Shown here: piece after piece, positions 58,835 through 64,000 of the stretch
How the letters are laid out: each line of letters begins with the position of its first letter
Numbering within the stretch: the first letter of the stretch is position 1
NCBI GenBank assembly: GCA_041178425.1
Contig: JBEGVH010000020.1
Span: 32,001-96,000 of the forward strand
DNA from: Pseudomonadota bacterium
GTDB taxonomy: Bacteria; Bdellovibrionota; Bdellovibrionia; Bdellovibrionales; Bdellovibrionaceae
Direction of reading: 5' to 3'
DNA: 64,000 nucleotides
The notes under the pieces: generated by a model
The model's input: the letters and a program-made list of their open reading frames with translations, nothing else
The model's database searches: none
Told to the model about the DNA's origin: nothing
Program-made: the position numbers and the translations under genes

Positions 58835-58862
58835 TTATCGGCACTTTTGATCAGAAAATTTA
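58835..58862 (-). promoter_or_regulatory. Sigma-28 promoter of the fibre gene (near-leaderless)
   Basis: TAAA-N16-GCCGATAA, 8 nt before ATG 58826. Confidence 0.75.
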
Positions 58863-59335
58863 AGACTATTTTAAATGATCGATGAACCAATTTGAGATGG
58901 ATTTGCCTCAAAACACTAAAAACTCAACTACACAATGCTATCTCAATCTAAGACACTTCCCTTTGATGAATCTTTTTTTACATTCTAACTACATCGGCCA
59001 AAACTTGGGTCTTATCTGCATCTTCGAACTGTGAGCATGTTCCCCACTAGGAGGCCTAAATCAATATTCTAGAAATCTGTGAGAAGTTCCTAAACTCTCC
59101 CCTCAAAAGAAGGTAATAATTTAGTATTTTTATATATTTAGATAAGACACCAGCAACAAAAAAGCAGTCCAAACTCAGAACCACTAACCAAGAAAACATT
59201 TACTTAACGAAAAAAAAACTACCCAAAACCCCTATTTTAGTGGTTTAAAGGGCGCTCAAAGTCGTTCGAATGATTCCTTTAGATGTCCTATTGTGTTCTG
59301 CGAATGGCCCCCAACAGCTTTCTCAGGAGGCAATT

Positions 59336-59653
59336 ATGGGTAAAAAAATATACGTCGGTAACCTTTCATACAATGTTGATGATCAATCTTTGGGTGATCT
59401 TTTCGCTCAATTTGGTCAAGTTGATTCAGTTCGCGTAGTAACTGATCGCGAATCTGGTCGCAGCAAAGGTTTTGCATTTGTTGAAATGTCAACTGATGCT
59501 GAAGCATCTACTGCAATCGAAAAACTTAATGGTTCAGAATTTTCTGGCCGCGCTATGAACGTTAGCGAAGCTAAACCAATGGCTCCTCGTGAAAACAATC
59601 GCGGCGGTGGCGGCGGTCGTGGTGGTTTTGGAGGAGGACGTTCACGCTACTAA
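59336..59653 (+). CDS. RRM RNA-binding protein with Gly-rich tail
   Basis: RNP2 IYVGNL and RNP1 KGFAFVEM; SD AGGAGG. Confidence 0.93.
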   Translation: MGKKIYVGNLSYNVDDQSLGDLFAQFGQVDSVRVVTDRESGRSKGFAFVEMSTDAEASTAIEKLNGSEFSGRAMNVSEAKPMAPRENNRGGGGGRGGFGGGRSRY

Positions 59654-59685
59654 GAATTTCTTCCTTTCTCTGAAAGGAGAATTCT

Positions 59686-59907
59686 ATGGCTAAGGACGAT
59701 CTCGTCAAATTAGACGGTAAAATCACAAATCTTTCTGGCGGCGGTGTTTATTCTGTTATCTTAGATAACGGACATGAAGTTTCCGCCAGACTTTGTGGAA
59801 AAATGAAAAAGTTCAGCATTAAAGTAGTCGTTGGAGATCGTGTTAGTATTGGCATGTCTCCCTACGATCCTACGCATGGACTGATCCTTCATCGTTACAA
59901 GATCTAA
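59686..59907 (+). CDS. infA: Translation initiation factor IF-1
   Basis: MAKDD..., LDNGH, GKMKK..IKV..GDRV..MSPYD. Confidence 0.92.
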   Translation: MAKDDLVKLDGKITNLSGGGVYSVILDNGHEVSARLCGKMKKFSIKVVVGDRVSIGMSPYDPTHGLILHRYKI

Positions 59908-59914
59908 AATATTC

Positions 59915-59952
59915 GTTACTAGAGTGAGATTTCAAACACCCACTCTAGTAAC
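59915..59952. terminator. Stem-loop between convergent genes
   Basis: GTTACTAGAGTG / CACTCTAGTAAC 12-bp inverted repeat. Confidence 0.65.
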
Positions 59953-59986
59953 CAATTCTCTTCTTCTCTTTTAATAATTAAATTCA

Positions 59987-60403
59987 TTAATGTAAGAGCT
60001 GTTGTCGCTGTTGGTCTGAGGGCATTGGGCAAATTGTATTTTTCCCGAACCAACGATAGCGATTTTTAGCAACTAGATCATAAAGTCGATCCCAAAAAGA
60101 AGTCGGAAAAAGTCGCGCAAGCAGCAAAACATCAGGAGAATAACCTATTTTACGAAGAGCCGTTAATACGGCCTTAGACTTCACTTGAGGCGCTTCTTCA
60201 GTCCAAAGGACCACACTATCTAAATTGGTTCGTGTTTCGATAGGGAGCAGATTCGCTGCCGTATCACCCTGCAATGGTGCAAAAAACAAAACTTGTTTAC
60301 GGTCACGCTCCATACAAAACTGAACCCAAAAATTGCAGAGGGCACATTCTCCATCATAAAAAAGAATCGTTTTATTTTTGTGATCCACTTCCATATTTCT
60401 CAT
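59987..60403 (-). CDS. DCC-family (DUF393) thiol-disulfide oxidoreductase
   Basis: YDGECALC, FAPLQG, VAKNRYRWFG. Confidence 0.88.
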   Translation of the reverse strand: MRNMEVDHKNKTILFYDGECALCNFWVQFCMERDRKQVLFFAPLQGDTAANLLPIETRTNLDSVVLWTEEAPQVKSKAVLTALRKIGYSPDVLLLARLFPTSFWDRLYDLVAKNRYRWFGKNTICPMPSDQQRQQLLH

Positions 60404-60450
60404 TGTCTCAAAACTTTTGGAAGCTTCAAGAGTAGAGAATGTTCACGACT

Positions 60451-60984
60451 TTAGTCGCGGAATGGAACCTCCTGGCGAGCACCAAATCCTTTTTCCAGCA
60501 ACAAGAGCTGCTCTTTTATTGAATTCCCGCCTGAAAAACCTCCCAGGCTGCCATCAGCACGGATCACCCTATGACAGGGAATAAACAAACAAAGAGGGTT
60601 TTTACCAATCGCCGAACCAACAGCCCTGTTGGATCTAGGTGAGCCCATTCGCCTAGCCACTTCGGAGTAGGTGCAAACTTCACCAAATGGTATTTTAAGT
60701 AAGACTTCCCAAACCGTCACCTGAAAGTCTGTTCCTCTAATATCGAGTGGAAGCGTAAATTGCCTTCGGTCACCCTTTAAAAATTCATTAATCTGTGACT
60801 CAGCAACATTGAAGAGATAATCTATTCTAACAGGGTAATCATTACTCTGGGTGACTGAGGCACATGGCTCCCAAAAGCAATTTCTAATCCCTTCATTCGA
60901 AGCCACTAAGTAGAGTTCTCCAATGGAGGTGTTTATTTGTCTTTGGTAAAATTCCAACGTGTTCATCTCTCGATAGGGCCTCAC
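60451..60984 (-). CDS. ogt: Methylated-DNA--protein-cysteine methyltransferase
   Basis: GTDFQ..VW, RAVG, PCHRV active site. Confidence 0.92.
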   Translation of the reverse strand: MRPYREMNTLEFYQRQINTSIGELYLVASNEGIRNCFWEPCASVTQSNDYPVRIDYLFNVAESQINEFLKGDRRQFTLPLDIRGTDFQVTVWEVLLKIPFGEVCTYSEVARRMGSPRSNRAVGSAIGKNPLCLFIPCHRVIRADGSLGGFSGGNSIKEQLLLLEKGFGARQEVPFRD

Positions 60985-61090
60985 TCAAAAACAGCAACAC
61001 CGGGTAAAGATTAGACTAAGGCAACATTAATTCCACAGATTTTAATTTTACAATCACCCACAAGCCTAATTTATGTTATACAACGTCAGT

Positions 61091-61798
61091 ATGAAAATCC
61101 AAACTCCTAAAATCCCTAAAAAGTATCAACCCTATGGTTTTCAAATTATTCATGAAGACCTCGATATCATCGTGGGAAATAAATCACCCGGCGTACTCAC
61201 TGTTGCTGCTCTTTGGGAACGCGAAAAAACCGTTCATAACGCTTTAAATATTTATGTTCAAAAAGGGAATTCCCGATCAAAAAAACGCGTCTACGTCGTG
61301 CATCGCCTCGATCAGGCCACCTCTGGAGTTCTTGTTTTTGCTAAATCCGAAAAAGTGCAATTTTTCCTAAAAGATAACTGGTCTGAAACAGAAAAAATTT
61401 ATTACGCAATTGTACACGGCAAGCTGGAGCAAAAAAAAGGATTCATTGAAAGTTATCTTTCGGAAGATGATGATTATTTGATGCATTCAAGTTCGAACAG
61501 CAAGACTGGTAAATTCGCGAGAACTGAATATGAGGTCGTCAAAGAAAATGGACGCTACAGCCTCGTGAAAGTGAACTTAATCACCGGAAAGAAAAATCAA
61601 ATCCGAGTGCATTTGTCTGAGCTTGGAAATCCGATCGTGGGCGACCCCAAGTACGGAAAATCCGGCGATAAATGTAAAGACTTGATGCTGCATTCGTATT
61701 CGTTGGAAATCAATCACCCCTTCACAAAAGAACGGGTGTGTTTTGAGGCCCCTGTGCCTCATTACTTTCAAAAGCTCGTGGACTATAACTACGGATAA
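61091..61798 (+). CDS. RluA-family pseudouridine synthase
   Basis: VHRLDQATSG, TGKKNQIRVH, PIVGDPKYG. Confidence 0.92.
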   Translation: MKIQTPKIPKKYQPYGFQIIHEDLDIIVGNKSPGVLTVAALWEREKTVHNALNIYVQKGNSRSKKRVYVVHRLDQATSGVLVFAKSEKVQFFLKDNWSETEKIYYAIVHGKLEQKKGFIESYLSEDDDYLMHSSSNSKTGKFARTEYEVVKENGRYSLVKVNLITGKKNQIRVHLSELGNPIVGDPKYGKSGDKCKDLMLHSYSLEINHPFTKERVCFEAPVPHYFQKLVDYNYG

Positions 61799-61838
61799 TT
61801 AAGAGACCACCAAGACCCCATAAGTTGTAAAAGCGCAC

Positions 61839-63350
61839 TCAGGTGGCTCTTTTCATTTTTCCATCGGTAACGAAACCTCCCAGAAAAGCTTGTTGGCCAA
61901 GCCTAAAGAAATGATAGGAATTGAGCGTCAGGCATACCAGGGCCAAAATCATAAAGGTGTGCGAACGATTCCAAAGATCATCAAAAAGAGTCTCCTGAAG
62001 AAAAAACTGCAAGCTGCCAGGAGATGCCGTTAAAGAGATGCAGCAAGCTAGATACAGTAAATGTCTCCGAGGGCGTATCGCCGCCTGCCCTAAATAGATA
62101 TCTCCAGCATGAGCCCCCTCTCCTATCCAAATTTTGAGTGCAGGCCATAGCGCATATATAACACCACCCAAAAAAATGAACGAGGAAATTAAATAAGTCT
62201 CTTCTATTAGATCGATATAAAATAAATGAATCGAACTAAGAACTAGAACCTGAGAAAGAATCAAAAAAACAATCTGTTGTTTCATTTTTACCCTCGGCAC
62301 GGCAAATTCGTAAATTGCGAGGAGCGTACTCAAAAAGAGGATTAAATATTCCCAGTGAAAGGTTCCATGCCAGAGATGTTTGATAACAAAGAAAACAGAC
62401 GTGCCTCCAAAAAAAACCAAGCTTGCATTACGAATGAGAATAAATAATCGATCGAGGTAAAATCCATTGAACGCATGAAAATAAATGCTCGTTGGCAATC
62501 TTTTGAATAAAGACCCTAATAAATCACTACGGCCATGATGCTCTTCGCGAAAAAAGTCTTCAAAGAAGCTCGCAGAGCGCAGATAGTTCCAAGTTCTCAA
62601 TACATTGTGGCCAACAATATGCCACAAGGCAAAGCTATGCCAACCTAAAGCAATTTCCATAAATATCAGTCCCACTTGTGAGATCGAGGCAAACGCAAAG
62701 GAGGTTTTTACATCACTCCGGCTCGATCCGACCAATAGGCCATAAATCGCACTCGTAAAACCAATTAAGCCCAAAAAAATCCTCAAAGAGGGGACGGAGT
62801 CCCAAAGGGACGCATGTTGGATCAATAAAAAGGCTCCCAGATGCAAAGATAGGCCGCCGTAGAATACGGTGCTCGAAGGAGTTGGCCCCTCCAAGGCACG
62901 ATAAAGCCAAGAAGAAAATGGAAATTGAGCACTTTTTCCGAGGGTTGCAATAATCAAACTGAGCCCCGCTAACTCATGCTGTTTGGCCTCTTCAAAGAAG
63001 ATCGCTAATACAAAAAAGATATCGCACATTTTGTAATTGGCGAGTGCAATAAGAGAATTTTCTAAACTTCTCACATTCGTCTGATAAAAACCGATCAGAA
63101 AAAATGACGCCAATCCTACCATTTCCCAGCCAATAAAAAATGTCTCTAAGTTTCCGGCGACCGCACAAAGAATAATACCCAAAGAAAAAAGAGTAAAAAG
63201 CATCCAATAACGTAAAACTCCGCGCTCGTGATCAAGATAGTTTTTAGAAAATTTACCAACTACGGCCAGAGTAAATACACTCAGCGCTAAAAAAATAGGG
63301 CCAGCACCATGAAGAGCTAAACTGTATTTACTGAGTAAGTGCCATTGCAT
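61839..63350 (-). CDS. dabB: NuoL/ND5-like membrane subunit, DabB (inorganic carbon pump)
   Basis: GWEMVGLASFFLIGFY, KSAQFPFSSWL.RALEGPTPSS; adjacent to a DUF2309 gene. Confidence 0.75.
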   Translation of the reverse strand: MQWHLLSKYSLALHGAGPIFLALSVFTLAVVGKFSKNYLDHERGVLRYWMLFTLFSLGIILCAVAGNLETFFIGWEMVGLASFFLIGFYQTNVRSLENSLIALANYKMCDIFFVLAIFFEEAKQHELAGLSLIIATLGKSAQFPFSSWLYRALEGPTPSSTVFYGGLSLHLGAFLLIQHASLWDSVPSLRIFLGLIGFTSAIYGLLVGSSRSDVKTSFAFASISQVGLIFMEIALGWHSFALWHIVGHNVLRTWNYLRSASFFEDFFREEHHGRSDLLGSLFKRLPTSIYFHAFNGFYLDRLFILIRNASLVFFGGTSVFFVIKHLWHGTFHWEYLILFLSTLLAIYEFAVPRVKMKQQIVFLILSQVLVLSSIHLFYIDLIEETYLISSFIFLGGVIYALWPALKIWIGEGAHAGDIYLGQAAIRPRRHLLYLACCISLTASPGSLQFFLQETLFDDLWNRSHTFMILALVCLTLNSYHFFRLGQQAFLGGFVTDGKMKRAT

Positions 63351-64000
63351 TTTTTAACTCCTCAGTGATTACGTCAAAATCTAGTGTCTTAGGGTCGATA
63401 CGAACCAAGTGAATCCAATTGTTATTTATGAGGTTTTGCAAACGAGCAGATTTTTGAATTACTTTTTGAAGGTTATTGGCCTCACAAAAAACAAAAGCAA
63501 GAAGTCGTAAGGGTTCGTGCTGGTCTACCATTTGAGTGGCTAACCCAATCTGAAGATCTCCTTTTGATCCGTGCATTAATCCGATTCCCGATGCAATGTT
63601 GAGCGGTAACTTACTGCCAGCGCCAAAGACCTTCGGAAAAGCACTCGAAGTAAAATAATCTAGATTAATGTTCGCACAAACAGGAAGCGCACTCAAAATA
63701 TCATAGGCAAGATTTTCACCACCTGGATCATTTTCAGGTTCGTAAGAAATTAAGAAGGCTCTTCTCTTCAAGTCTAAATCTTGCGTCAACCACCGGGGTC
63801 CAAACACACTCAATGCCACTCCGGTATGACCGAATTCTGGTCGAGGCTGAGACCAATCAAGGGACCGAGAAGTGGAATCAGCTGACGACTTTATTCGAAA
63901 TTGCCTCCAGCGCTCCGATGCATTAATTTCAAGGGCCTTTTTCATATCGTTACCAAACTTAATAAAGATCTCTTGATAATCTGAAAGTCGCTGATCTGAA
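63328..64000 (-). CDS. dabA: DUF2309 inorganic carbon transporter subunit DabA, 5'-partial
   Basis: DWSQPRPEFG, RRAFLISY, INLDYFTS, GAGSKLPLN, HEPLRL; frame open to the window end. Confidence 0.85.
   Translation of the reverse strand, partial: SDQRLSDYQEIFIKFGNDMKKALEINASERWRQFRIKSSADSTSRSLDWSQPRPEFGHTGVALSVFGPRWLTQDLDLKRRAFLISYEPENDPGGENLAYDILSALPVCANINLDYFTSSAFPKVFGAGSKLPLNIASGIGLMHGSKGDLQIGLATQMVDQHEPLRLLAFVFCEANNLQKVIQKSARLQNLINNNWIHLVRIDPKTLDFDVITEELKNAMALTQ

Overview
Bacterial chromosome segment, most consistent with a predatory Bdellovibrionota genome. This is inferred from gene content: a gliding-type OMP/TPR/vWA cluster, a stand-alone MreB paralogue, ScpB with acidic extensions, a cdaA-cdaR-glmM-pdxJ cluster, an adhesive-fibre gene and several sigma-28-type promoters. 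Most of the window is housekeeping (trpS-scpA-scpB, tilS-ftsH-cdaA-cdaR-glmM-pdxJ-nnr-tsaE, glpX, pgsA-tRNA-Gly, infA, ABC transporters, dabAB). The most interesting region is 53.6-58.9 kb, an apparently domesticated phage receptor-binding module with no capsid, terminase or integrase genes. It encodes (i) a Sec-type fibre stalk ending abruptly at ...GDLFVCK, (ii) a short fibre tip with a twin-arginine (Tat) signal and an S74 autocleaving chaperone, whose predicted mature N-terminus (ATWQKVG) looks like the missing end of the stalk's terminal motif, and (iii) a signal-less gp38-like polyglycine adhesin with phage-type accessory genes. I infer a split, modular adhesive fibre assembled after export by two routes. 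Other observations: a hemolysin-III gene that appears to start at ATT, a transglutaminase-elicitor-like lipoprotein with a secreted partner, a recurring GTCTCA-N3-TGAGAC palindrome near sigma-28 promoters, a 22-bp-period operator-like array, long GC-rich hairpins flanking an HD hydrolase gene, and a headless ORF beside a Cys-rich lipoprotein block. All family calls are from motif recognition by eye; no searches were run.
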